64,000 nt of DNA from Dehalococcoidia bacterium (GTDB lineage Bacteria > Chloroflexota > Dehalococcoidia > Plut-88900). The position numbers were made by a program, and so were the translations under genes. The notes under the pieces are model-generated. The model saw only the letters and a list, made by a program, of their open reading frames with translations, was not told the DNA's origin and did no database searches. How positions within the stretch are numbered: the stretch's first letter is position 1; each line of letters starts with the position of its first letter. Positions 9,705 through 19,122 of the stretch are shown here, one piece after another. Where the stretch lies: positions 32,001 through 96,000 of the forward strand of contig OZ240219.1 in assembly GCA_965197645.1 (NCBI GenBank), in the 5' to 3' direction.

Positions 9705-9928
9705 TGGAAGTACTTCTTGGCCAGCGCGTCGTAACGCGGGTCGCCCTCGCGCTCCGCTGCCCGCAACTTGCCTCGCCATCGCGAGGCGAAGGATCGTGTA
9801 TGGTCACCTGCCATTTCCCTGAGAGACTGCTCGATGAGCGAAGACAGCGACACTCCTCGGGAACGGGCGTACCGCTTGGCTAAAGGGAGTAGCTCAGCGT
9901 CGACGGTGATTGTCAGCTTCTGCTTCAT
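9701..9928 (-). CDS. Ribbon-helix-helix antitoxin (DUF6364-like)
   Basis: MKQKLTITVDAELLPLAKRYARSRGVSLSSLIE; directly upstream of the PIN gene. Confidence 0.85.
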   Translation of the reverse strand: MKQKLTITVDAELLPLAKRYARSRGVSLSSLIEQSLREMAGDHTRSFASRWRGKLRAAEREGDPRYDALAKKYFQ

Positions 9929-9952
9929 CGTGATCCGGACCCTCCTTTCCAA

Positions 9953-9984
9953 GTACACTTATACGGTCTTGAGTATACGTGTAC
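9953..9984. promoter_or_regulatory. Inverted repeat, probable TA operator
   Basis: GTACACTTATAC-N8-GTATACGTGTAC (11/12 match), 25 bp upstream of the antitoxin start. Confidence 0.55.
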
Positions 9985-10267
9985 GTAGCCCGGTGCTCAA
10001 GGCATCTGCCCTAGGAGAAACGTGGGGCAGAGGGCATGATGCCTGGGGAAGTCCCTCAGACTACCGACAAGGGTGACTCCTCCCTCTGCGCACCCCACAG
10101 CTAATCAGCCTGTTACTGGCAGGCCTGGAGCCCGGTACAACGCCCCTTTGCAAGCTTGGAATTGATGAGTTTCCACACCAGGGTTGTGGCGAAATGGCAA
10201 CAGCGGATGATACATTTAACTCGTAACTTAGCAGGGCCGACTCCGGCCTCTTGAAAAGGGGGGGCGA

Positions 10268-10678
10268 ATGTCCATCTTGATTCGTGCGGTAGCAGCTTAT
10301 CTGGTGCTGGTGTCGGTAGCAGTGGCCGTGCTCTTCATTGTCACTCCGCTGTACCACCCCGGCGGTGACGCCGACTTCCCGGAGTGGGAGATGCTCAACT
10401 GGTTCATGGCGGTGGGGATAGTACTCACCCTGGGAGCCGGCTACGTGGAAAAGCGGCGCGTGGACGGCGACGATTCGTCGGACCTGAAAAGCTACTTGGC
10501 CGTGAACGCCACTTTCTACGGGACCGTCGTCGTGCTCCTCTTGTTCTTCTGGAACTGGTTCAGCCTCCTGTCTCCCAACAACCAGCCCGACGGACAGTTT
10601 TGGACCGTCATCGATACCCTGATGCCCATCGTAATGGGCGTTACCGGCTGCCGAATGTGGCGCAGCGCCGACTCATAG
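10268..10678 (+). CDS. Hypothetical membrane protein (about 4 TM)
   Basis: Four hydrophobic segments; host-like codon usage. Confidence 0.75.
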   Translation: MSILIRAVAAYLVLVSVAVAVLFIVTPLYHPGGDADFPEWEMLNWFMAVGIVLTLGAGYVEKRRVDGDDSSDLKSYLAVNATFYGTVVVLLLFFWNWFSLLSPNNQPDGQFWTVIDTLMPIVMGVTGCRMWRSADS

Positions 10679-10832
10679 TCCTGGACCTTCTATTCCAGTC
10701 GAAGAGAGCCACCGGGTAAGGGCGTGCCCTTGTTCGGGCCCTACGCCTATTGGGGGACACTGGAGACTGCGATAGCGATAAGCCACTGAGCACCCGCTTG
10801 GGCCCGAGATCCGTGAGAATCCAGAGAGGAGA

Positions 10833-11312
10833 ATGCCAACCATGGTACGAGGAAGAGCCTGTGCAGGTAGGCTATGTGTCTTCACCATAGCCTTGACCCT
10901 TGTTGTGCTCACGATCGCGGCATGTAGAGGAGAGAGTAGTCCAGAGCACTCGGATATGGAGTCCATGAGTGCTGATCCGGTTTCGGTAGCAGAAGTCGAG
11001 TTGTCGGATACTGCCCGTGCTGGCGAGGAACTGTTCAACGCCAACTGCTCGGTCTGTCACGGTGTGGGGGCGACCGGTACCAACCTGGGGCCTCCTTTAA
11101 TCGACGACACCTACCATCCCGGCCATCACGCTGACTTCAGCATTCGAATCGCCGTGCGCAACGGAGTGAAGGCGCACCACTGGCGCTTCGGCGATATGGC
11201 CCCCGTAGCCGGCGTCTCCCCAGAAGAAGTGGACATGATCATCTGCTACATCCGGGAGGTGCAGCGGGCTGCCGATATCTTCGAAGGGGACTCCTTCTCA
11301 ACTGTGTGCTAG
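10833..11312 (+). CDS. Monoheme cytochrome c lipoprotein
   Basis: CSVCH heme motif, distal Met in GDMAPV, lipobox-like IAAC. Confidence 0.9.
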   Translation: MPTMVRGRACAGRLCVFTIALTLVVLTIAACRGESSPEHSDMESMSADPVSVAEVELSDTARAGEELFNANCSVCHGVGATGTNLGPPLIDDTYHPGHHADFSIRIAVRNGVKAHHWRFGDMAPVAGVSPEEVDMIICYIREVQRAADIFEGDSFSTVC

Positions 11313-11443
11313 GTGGACTCAGCTCATGACACGTAGGAGCTTGACCCAACTACGACGAAAGATGCGCTCACCTTCTTCCAAGCCGGCACCCGGTGGACAC
11401 CGGCTGACAAAGAACTACTCATCCTAAAACAGGGCAAGGCCGC

Positions 11444-11884
11444 ATGAGGAAAGAGGACGAGACGGAGCTGGAGATTCGGGCTTACCGAGAATCGGACCGT
11501 GGCGACGTAGTAGCTTTATGGCAAGAGTGTGGGCTGGTAGTGCCCTGGAACGATCCCGGAAAGGACATCCGCCGTAAGCTCTGCATCCAGCGGGAGATGT
11601 TTCTCGTCGGATCGCTCGGTTCCAGGTTGGTGGGGACTGTGATGGCCGGCTACGATGGTCATCGTGGCTGGATTTACTATTTGGCAGTAGCTACCGAATG
11701 CCGGACAGGAGGATTCGGGCGCCGCTTGATGGACGAGGCCGAAGCGCATCTGAGAAACATTGGCTGTGTCAAGATCAATCTACAAGTCAGGACCTCCAAC
11801 GTTGACGTGGTTACCTTCTACAAGAGCATCGGGTACTCGGTGGACGATGTAGTGAGCATGGGCAAAAGGCTCGAGGAAGACTGA
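11444..11884 (+). CDS. GNAT acetyltransferase (YpeA-like)
   Basis: GTVMAGYDGHRGWIYYLAV..GFGRRLM..KINLQVR. Confidence 0.9.
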   Translation: MRKEDETELEIRAYRESDRGDVVALWQECGLVVPWNDPGKDIRRKLCIQREMFLVGSLGSRLVGTVMAGYDGHRGWIYYLAVATECRTGGFGRRLMDEAEAHLRNIGCVKINLQVRTSNVDVVTFYKSIGYSVDDVVSMGKRLEED

Positions 11885-12603
11885 TGACCCACGTCATCGC
11901 TCGCCGTTTCGAACGACGATGCCAGCTCCCTGATGTTGGCATTCAAGACCAGTTGCCTACGGCGGACGAAGAATACCCAGTCACCTTCCCCTAGAGATGC
12001 CACCGCCGGATCAATCCCCATCGCATAGAGACCTGAAAACTGGTCCCAAAATCTCCGGAGCGCCTCTTCATCTTCGGCTTGCAAAACCTGCCGCAACACC
12101 GACAACGCAGCTTCCGATTCTCCTATTTCGGATGTAGTAGTTGCCAGGCGCAACCGAAAGTCGGCGGCAACCTGGTTCACACTCTGCAGCTCAACCTGGT
12201 ACACAGCGAGGTTATCGATGACCGAGACTAGGTCGTGCGCTCTGTTGCTGACGGTCTGCGCGTCCGGTCTCAACTCCGGTACGGCATTGACCCCCTCCAA
12301 AGCGGTGGTCATCCGCACCAGAGACTGGTCGATGGCTTCTGCATCATAACCTTGGAACCCGGACTCGGATTGGGCTACCACTCCCAGTCCGAAGTTCTGC
12401 AAGCGTTGTGTCTCGCGAGCGGCGGTCCAAGCCTGCTCCAGGGTCGGCACTGATTCAGACTTGACTTTATAGTTATGGTCTCCACTTTGCTCGAAGTAGT
12501 AGACTCCCACGGCACCGGATATCAGAGTTAGGGCTACTGCGAAACCCAAGGCCAGGTACAGCCGGACTCCGATGCGTCGCCACCTGTTTCTTAGGAAATT
12601 CAT
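11885..12603 (-). pseudogene. Truncated extracellular sensor domain of a signalling protein (kinase/phosphatase/MCP type)
   Basis: IGVRLYLALGFAVALTLISGAVG transmembrane segment plus a helical domain. No second TM, HAMP or catalytic domain; the frame runs into the antisense GNAT gene. Confidence 0.55.
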
Positions 12604-12963
12604 CTCAAAAGACCATCTCTGAAGGGGCTATCGCCCGGTCGTTGAACCATCGTTCAAGCAGGTTGGAAAAGCATGGTGTCGGGTTCTGCCGGAAGTCAGG
12701 TTATCCATGCTGGAGAACTTGTAGGCTCGAGAGCTACACCGCCTTGACACCGATAGTTGCACATCAGTTGCGGCCTTCCGACAAGTGCCGCGGGCCCCAA
12801 ACTTTGTGCCGGTCGCGAAGCCGGTCCTGGCGCCTCTAGACTAATGGCCGGAATGGTACAATGCCTGGGCCGGATTGGCCTGTGGTGCTTCTATCGTCCA
12901 CCCCCAGGATTCCTTTGGGCTTTACGCTCATGGCTACCGGCCAATTCAGCTGGAGGTCGCTAT

Positions 12964-14112
12964 ATGGCTGAACGCATATACATCCAAGGTGAAAGCGGAG
13001 GGCTTGAGCCCCTCGAGGAGGAGCGTTTCTCGACCGAGGACGAGCTCCAGGAACTGATTGCCGCGCACCCGGAGCTTCTCGATGGCGAGCAGATACGGCC
13101 GGGGAACCCCACGCGGTGGCTGCTGATCACTCGCGAGAAGGATATCTCTGAGACCTCTGATTCCGGCGCTCGCTGGTCCCTCGACCACCTGATCGTCGAT
13201 CAAGACGCCGTTCCCACACTGGTCGAGGTGAAGCGAGGCTCGAATCCCGAAATCCGCCGGACCGTTGTAGGACAGATGCTGGAGTATGCGGCCCATGCAG
13301 CACAGACCTGGACTGCGGCCGAGCTTCGGGAGACCTTCGAGGAGACGGCCACCCGTCAAGACCTTGATCCCAACGAGGAGCTTGAGAAGCTGGTGCAGTC
13401 GGGCGGAGAACCGGACGCCGACGGCTTCTGGGAAAGCGTTGCCACCAACCTCGATGCCAGACGTCTCCGCCTGCTGTTCGTCGCAGACCATATTCCTGAT
13501 GAGCTTGAACGAATCGTTGAGTTCCTCAACGCGCAGATGCCCAACATCGAGGTGCTTGCAGTCGAGATCAAACGGTTCCGAGGCGAGCATAGACAGACGT
13601 TGGTGCCAAGGGTGATAGGTAGAATCGCTGGCTCGCCAGCTCAAGGCACCACCAGTCGCAATCCGAAGCTCAATCAAGGATCATTCTTATCGGAATTCAC
13701 TAACGATGCGCAGAGAAACGCGGCGAAGCGACTGCTCGAGGTCGCCCGGCAGTCTGACATTTTCTTGTCATGGGGGCCGAGCGGCGTCAGCGTCCGCGTG
13801 CGCTGTTCTCGCTACCAATATCTGATCACTGTCGCCTGGCTCTACCCTCCGTCAAAGGAGGGAGCGATCTGGTTGCGAACCACCGAATTTTCCTTCGGCT
13901 GCGCCATATTCGACTACGACCCAGCGCCGGACGAAGAGTTGCGTGCCATACTTCAAAAGTACGTGGACAGCTTCAGCAACGACATTTTCACCAAAGATGC
14001 TTCAAGCAAAGGAGTAGTTGCGTGGTCGGTTCCGTATGACGAAGCGGCGCAGCACATAGACCTATTGGTCAGTCGCCTCGAAGGAGTGATCTCGGAGTTG
14101 AAAGCCCTGTAA
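12964..14112 (+). CDS. PD-(D/E)XK nuclease, NucS/DUF91-like
   Basis: EDELQELI, LDHLIVDQDAVPTLVEVKR, VVGQMLEYA; GGAGG RBS before ATG 12964. Confidence 0.75.
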   Translation: MAERIYIQGESGGLEPLEEERFSTEDELQELIAAHPELLDGEQIRPGNPTRWLLITREKDISETSDSGARWSLDHLIVDQDAVPTLVEVKRGSNPEIRRTVVGQMLEYAAHAAQTWTAAELRETFEETATRQDLDPNEELEKLVQSGGEPDADGFWESVATNLDARRLRLLFVADHIPDELERIVEFLNAQMPNIEVLAVEIKRFRGEHRQTLVPRVIGRIAGSPAQGTTSRNPKLNQGSFLSEFTNDAQRNAAKRLLEVARQSDIFLSWGPSGVSVRVRCSRYQYLITVAWLYPPSKEGAIWLRTTEFSFGCAIFDYDPAPDEELRAILQKYVDSFSNDIFTKDASSKGVVAWSVPYDEAAQHIDLLVSRLEGVISELKAL

Positions 14113-14239
14113 GGGAGCCACGTCAACGTCCCGGGCAAGCTGTAAAATGGGGGCATCGAATAAAGAGGAGTCCCAGATGGAGACTGCCATCGTCCACCTG
14201 ATCACCAGCAGCACCGTACGACAAGAGAGGTCGTACTAG

Positions 14240-15511
14240 GTGGCAATCAGTGGCCCGGACATGCCCCTCAGTCCCTACCGAGCACTCGACCTGACCGAAG
14301 GGGGCGTAAACTGGTGCGGCAAGGTGCTGGCCGACCTGGGAGCGGACGTGATCAAGGTGGAGCCTCCCGGCGGCAGCCTCACCAGGTCCCGGGGCCCCTT
14401 CTACAACGACGACCCCCACCCGGAACGCAGCCTGTTGTGGTCCTCGTACTGCATGAACAAACGGGGAATCACCCTCGCCCTTGAAACCCGAGATGGGCAG
14501 GATCTGTTCAAACGACTGGTGGCAAAATCGGATTTCGTTCTGGAGTCCTTCACCCCCGGGTACTTGGATGGGCTGGGCCTGGGCTACGATCACCTCAGGG
14601 AGATCAATCCGGGAGTGATTCTGACCTCGATGACGCCCTTCGGCCAGTCGGGCCCTCATGCCAAGTTCAAGGCGACGGACCTGATCACCTGGTCGATGGG
14701 CGGCATGCAGTACATCAGCGGCGACGGCGACCGTCCGCCGGTGCGGATCAGCTTCCCCCAGGCGGAGCTGCACGGAGGCGCCCAGGGGGCCGCGGGATCG
14801 ATGATGGCGTTGTGGAGTCGACAGCGGACGGGCCAGGGCCAGCAGGTCGACGTTTCGATGCAGGTGGCCGTAATCTGGACCCTGATGAACTCCACGTCCT
14901 TCCCTCTCCTGCACAAGGAGAGCGTGGAAAGGGCCGGCTCTCTGAGAAAGATGGGGTTCCTGGCAATCAGAAACGTCTACCCCTGCAAAGACGGGTACAT
15001 CAGCGCCCTCGTAGTTGGTGGGGCGCTCGGCACCCGGTCAACCTCGGCACTCGTGCGCTGGATGGACGAGGATGGGATGGCGCCCGACTTCATGAAAGAG
15101 CGGGACTGGGCAGCCTGGGACTTCGCTGCCATAGCAGGCCAGGGCAAAGAGGGACTCAAGGACGTCAGGGCGATAGAGAAGCACGTTACCGAGTTCCTCA
15201 TGACCAAGACCAAGGCCGAGCTGTATGAACGAGCTATAGCAGACCGGATACTCCTGGCTCCCTGCAACACGGTACGGGACGTGGTGGAAAACCCCCAGCT
15301 ACAGGCTCGAGACTTCTGGCTGGAGGTGTACCACCCGGATTTCGAGGCCGCGCTATCGCATCCCGGTCCGTTCATCAAGCTCAGCGAGACCCCGATGCAG
15401 ACTTACCGACGCGCACCGTTGATCGGTGAGCACAACGAAGCGGTTTATATCACCGAGCTGGGCCTGAGCGAGGAAGAACTGGCCCAGCTCAAAGGCCGGG
15501 CAGTAGTGTGA
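14240..15511 (+). CDS. Class III CoA-transferase (CaiB/BaiF), subunit 1
   Basis: LADLGADVIKVEPPGG, NKRGITL, MTPFGQSGP, GQGQQVDVSM. Confidence 0.93.
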   Translation: MAISGPDMPLSPYRALDLTEGGVNWCGKVLADLGADVIKVEPPGGSLTRSRGPFYNDDPHPERSLLWSSYCMNKRGITLALETRDGQDLFKRLVAKSDFVLESFTPGYLDGLGLGYDHLREINPGVILTSMTPFGQSGPHAKFKATDLITWSMGGMQYISGDGDRPPVRISFPQAELHGGAQGAAGSMMALWSRQRTGQGQQVDVSMQVAVIWTLMNSTSFPLLHKESVERAGSLRKMGFLAIRNVYPCKDGYISALVVGGALGTRSTSALVRWMDEDGMAPDFMKERDWAAWDFAAIAGQGKEGLKDVRAIEKHVTEFLMTKTKAELYERAIADRILLAPCNTVRDVVENPQLQARDFWLEVYHPDFEAALSHPGPFIKLSETPMQTYRRAPLIGEHNEAVYITELGLSEEELAQLKGRAVV

Positions 15512-16788
15512 AGCAGGAACTGATCATGGCGGACAACATGGTTTTGACCGGCGTCAAGGTACTGGACTTCACCTGGGTGGGCGTGGGCCCGATAACGATC
15601 AAGTATCTGGCCGACCACGGCGCCGAAGTGGTCCACGTAGAGTCGGTGAGCCGTCCCGACATCCTGAGACTGACGCCGCCCTTCAAAGAGGGCAAGCCCG
15701 GGATCAACCGGAGCCAGTTCCCGGCCAACTACAACACAAGCAAATACGGCCTGGGGCTCAACATGGCCAAGCCCCGGGCCCGAGAGCTTATCCGGCGCAT
15801 CATCACCGACTGGCAGCCCGATATCATCGCCGAGAGCTTTACCCCAAAGGCGATGCGCAACTGGGGACTGGACTACCACAGCGTCCGAAAGCTCAAGCCG
15901 GACATCGTCTACTTCAGCGGCTGCCAGCAGGGGGCTACCGGACCCCACGCATTGTACGCCGGTTACGGGCAGCTGGCCGCGGCGCTAGCCGGTTTCTACC
16001 AGATAACCGGGTGGCCCGACAGGGACCCGGCCGGGCCGTATGGCGCTTACTCGGACTTCATCAATCCGCCCAATGCGGCAACGGCTATCATCGCTGCGCT
16101 GGAGTACAGGAGGAGAACGGGTAAGGGACAACACCTGGACCTGTCCCAGTTCGAGTGTTCCACCCAGTATCTGGCCCCGTTGGTCCTGGACTACGAAGCG
16201 AACGATAGAGTCATGGGGCGGAGAGGAAACGAGGATGACACCTTCGCACCTCACGGGGTGTATCCGTGCAAAGACCGGGAGCCATCCGACGACGGCGTGC
16301 AGGCTACCGGCGGCTCGTGGTGCTCCATCGCGGTTACATCGGACGAGGAGTGGGTATCCCTTTGCGGCGCCATGGGAGTCCTCTCCTTGAGCAGCGACCC
16401 CCAGTTCGCTACATTCGCCGCCCGCAAGAAGAATCGAGAGGAGCTGGATGGGCTGATCGGAAAGTGGACCGCCCAGCACGAGGCCCAACAGGTCATGGAT
16501 CTGCTTCAGGATGCGGGAGTGGCGGCCGGTGTCGTTCAAAGCCAGTTGGACCTGTGGGAAGACCCTCACCTGAAACACCAGGACTTCTTCCAGTGGCTGG
16601 AGCATAGCGAGTGCGGCCCCATGCCCTACGATGGACTACAGTTCAAGCTCTCCGAAACTCCGGGTAGACTGCGAATGCCCCAAGCCACCATCGGACAGCA
16701 CAACGAGCTGATACTCAAGGAATTCATAAATCTATCGGATGAAGAGATAGCCGAGCTGGTCCGGGAAGAGGTGTTGGAGACCTCCTGA
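15508..16788 (+). CDS. Class III CoA-transferase (CaiB/BaiF), subunit 2 of a BbsEF-like tandem pair
   Basis: VKVLDFTW, LADHGAEVVHVES, GAYSDF, RTGKGQHLDLSQ; GTGA overlap with the upstream paralog. Confidence 0.93.
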   Translation: MKQELIMADNMVLTGVKVLDFTWVGVGPITIKYLADHGAEVVHVESVSRPDILRLTPPFKEGKPGINRSQFPANYNTSKYGLGLNMAKPRARELIRRIITDWQPDIIAESFTPKAMRNWGLDYHSVRKLKPDIVYFSGCQQGATGPHALYAGYGQLAAALAGFYQITGWPDRDPAGPYGAYSDFINPPNAATAIIAALEYRRRTGKGQHLDLSQFECSTQYLAPLVLDYEANDRVMGRRGNEDDTFAPHGVYPCKDREPSDDGVQATGGSWCSIAVTSDEEWVSLCGAMGVLSLSSDPQFATFAARKKNREELDGLIGKWTAQHEAQQVMDLLQDAGVAAGVVQSQLDLWEDPHLKHQDFFQWLEHSECGPMPYDGLQFKLSETPGRLRMPQATIGQHNELILKEFINLSDEEIAELVREEVLETS

Positions 16789-16794
16789 CTCGCC

Positions 16795-17457
16795 ATGACA
16801 ACTCCCCCGGAAAAGAGCTGCTCCAGGTGCAACAGACCGACCCAGCTCGACACTAACTTCTGTCCGTGGTGCGGCGCCCGAGAGTTCAGGGTGGACCCTT
16901 GGCTGCCATCTCGCCTGCCGGTTCCGGAGGTGGATCAGTACGGCCTGAAGTTGGGCATTGGCAGGATCATCGTATTTGGGGTCGTATCCCTGGGGCTGTA
17001 CCTGTTTTACTGGGCGTACTTCACGTGGGACCAGCTGAAACGGGAGACCGGCGGCAACTTTTCCCCGCCGTGGCACGCACTATAGCTTCTGGTACCCATC
17101 TATAACCTGTTCCGCATGCATCACCACGTCCGGGTTATCAAGGAGCTTTGCGAAAGCGGCGGTGTCCAGACCAACCTGTCCCCACCCCTGGTTATCGTAA
17201 TGTTGCTGCTCAGCGGGATACTGGATTTCATAGTGCTATTGGCAGTGTCGCGCGGCTTGGCGATAGGGTTAAGTGTGATCAGCTTGATCTTGACGGTTAC
17301 GATTATTGTATGGGCGCAGAACGAGTTGAACGCCTACTGGTCTAAATCGAGGGGAGAAGCTGTCCGGGAGGCTGGATTCTCGCCTATAGAATGGATCGTC
17401 GGCCTCATCGGTATACTGAGCTTGTCCCTTACTCTGATTCCTTTCGAGCTGCCTTGA
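16795..17457 (+). pseudogene. Zinc-ribbon plus DUF4234-like membrane protein interrupted by an in-frame TAG (17083-17085)
   Basis: ORFs 16795-17085 and 17116-17457 share a frame, reading WHAL*LLVPIYNLFRMHHH. CxxC..CPxC at the N-terminus; SLGLYLFYW motif. Confidence 0.7.
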
Positions 17458-17472
17458 GGCGGGGTCATCAGT

Positions 17473-17913
17473 TTGGAGCTCACGAAGCTGCTTGACGAAC
17501 TGAGCGCCACCGAAGGCGTCCTTTTCGTCGTCACCACGCCGGGCGTGGCCTTCGAGGTAAGAGCTAGCTCCGAACATCCTGTGGCTCTCCACGGTGGGTG
17601 GGCCGAGCTAAAGGGCGACGGCTGGCACGCGCACTTAGACATGAGCCGGATATCGGCGGTGCAGTTCGTCGAGCAGGAGGACCACGGCACGGTGCCTACC
17701 CTGTACTACGTCCGGTTCTCAAGCGCCGAGGGGGAGACTCTGTTCCGGGCCTACTTTCCCAATCCCTACCTGAGCGATGATGAACGCCCCGCCGATTTTC
17801 AGCCGGAAAAGCTGGCAGCCTTTTACCGGTTCAGGGACAGATATATAGGCCAGGACGGGGTTACGTTCGTGCAGAGGTCTCGGGAAGATGCGGGCCGGTC
17901 AGACCTGAGTTAG
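17473..17913 (+). CDS. Hypothetical protein, ChuX/HutX-like fold
   Basis: GVAFEV..WHAHLD..VQFVE..VRFSSAEGETLFRAYF; weak family resemblance. Confidence 0.55.
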   Translation: MELTKLLDELSATEGVLFVVTTPGVAFEVRASSEHPVALHGGWAELKGDGWHAHLDMSRISAVQFVEQEDHGTVPTLYYVRFSSAEGETLFRAYFPNPYLSDDERPADFQPEKLAAFYRFRDRYIGQDGVTFVQRSREDAGRSDLS

Positions 17914-17941
17914 TTGACAATATCTGAAGCGGTGCTATTCT
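17914..17941 (+). promoter_or_regulatory. Sigma70-type promoter
   Basis: TTGACA-N16-TATTCT with an extended -10 TG. Confidence 0.5.
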
Positions 17942-17992
17942 GGGTCACATCCTCGATTTTGCGCTATCGGAACTCGGAGTAGGAGGCTGGCA

Positions 17993-19120
17993 ATGGACTA
18001 CAAGATAGTTTCGGCGGACTCCCATGTAGACCTAGGATTTCTGCCCTGGGACCTGTTCGCCCACGAGGCTCCGGCCGAGTGGAAAGACAAGATGCCTCGT
18101 GTGGTGCAGAAGGACGGCAGGAACCAGTGGTGGATAGAGGACGTTTACATCGAGGACGTGGGGCACTACGGCGATACCGAGATCTACAACCCCGGGATGA
18201 AGGACAGGGTGGCCAAGATGTCCCAGGTGGGATTCCTGGAGGACAGCGCAAAGGGCGACTATCATCCCACCAACCTGGACCTGCGACTAAAGGACCAGGA
18301 CCTGGACGGCGTGCAAGCGGAGGTGATCTACGGTCTGTTTGCCGTCGCGACCAAGCTCAAAGACCAAGAGCAGGTTGCCGCTATCTACCGTGTCTACAAC
18401 GACTGGATGGCCGATTTCACCAGCAAGAACCCGAGTAGGCTGGCGGGTCTGGCCTGCATTCCCAACCACGATCCTCAAGCGGCAGCCGACGAGGTGCGCC
18501 GGGTGGCGGCGATGGGGATGCGGGGCATCGAGTTCGGGCCTTCCACCGCCGTGAAGCCTATCTACGACCGGGACTGGGACGTGCTCTGGGCCGCTGCCGA
18601 CGAGTGCGACATTCCAATCTCCTTCCATACCACGGGGTTCAGACCCCGCGGGCCCAACGAAGCGGACCAGAAGAGATACGCTGAAATGCACTTGACTATC
18701 ACCATCACCCTGTTCCAACTCTCGGGGGCGGAGGTGCTATCCAGCATCATCTTCTCCGGCGCCTGCGAGCGGTTCCCCAACGTGCGATTTGTGCTGGGCG
18801 AGAGCGGCGTCACCTGGATCCCCTACGTCATCGACAGGATGGACCACGAAGGTGAAGGGGCCCCGGGACTGGTGTTGAAGCCCAGCGACTACTGGAAGAG
18901 ACAGGGCTACTCCACCTTCCAGAAGGAGGGGTTCGCCGGAGACATGATCGACTTCATAGGGCCTGATAATGTGATGTGGGGCTCCGACTATCCTCACCCC
19001 GACGGGGTATGGCCCGATTCCCAAGAGGCCATCACGAACAACTTCAGGAACCTGCGGGACAAGAACAAGCTGCAGAAGATCATCTGCGACACCGCAGTGA
19101 ACCTGTACAAGTTCAACTAG
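17993..19120 (+). CDS. Amidohydrolase_2 family protein
   Basis: SADSHV, ISFHT, LGESGVTW, WGSDYPHPDG. Confidence 0.92.
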   Translation: MDYKIVSADSHVDLGFLPWDLFAHEAPAEWKDKMPRVVQKDGRNQWWIEDVYIEDVGHYGDTEIYNPGMKDRVAKMSQVGFLEDSAKGDYHPTNLDLRLKDQDLDGVQAEVIYGLFAVATKLKDQEQVAAIYRVYNDWMADFTSKNPSRLAGLACIPNHDPQAAADEVRRVAAMGMRGIEFGPSTAVKPIYDRDWDVLWAAADECDIPISFHTTGFRPRGPNEADQKRYAEMHLTITITLFQLSGAEVLSSIIFSGACERFPNVRFVLGESGVTWIPYVIDRMDHEGEGAPGLVLKPSDYWKRQGYSTFQKEGFAGDMIDFIGPDNVMWGSDYPHPDGVWPDSQEAITNNFRNLRDKNKLQKIICDTAVNLYKFN

Positions 19121-19122
19121 GT

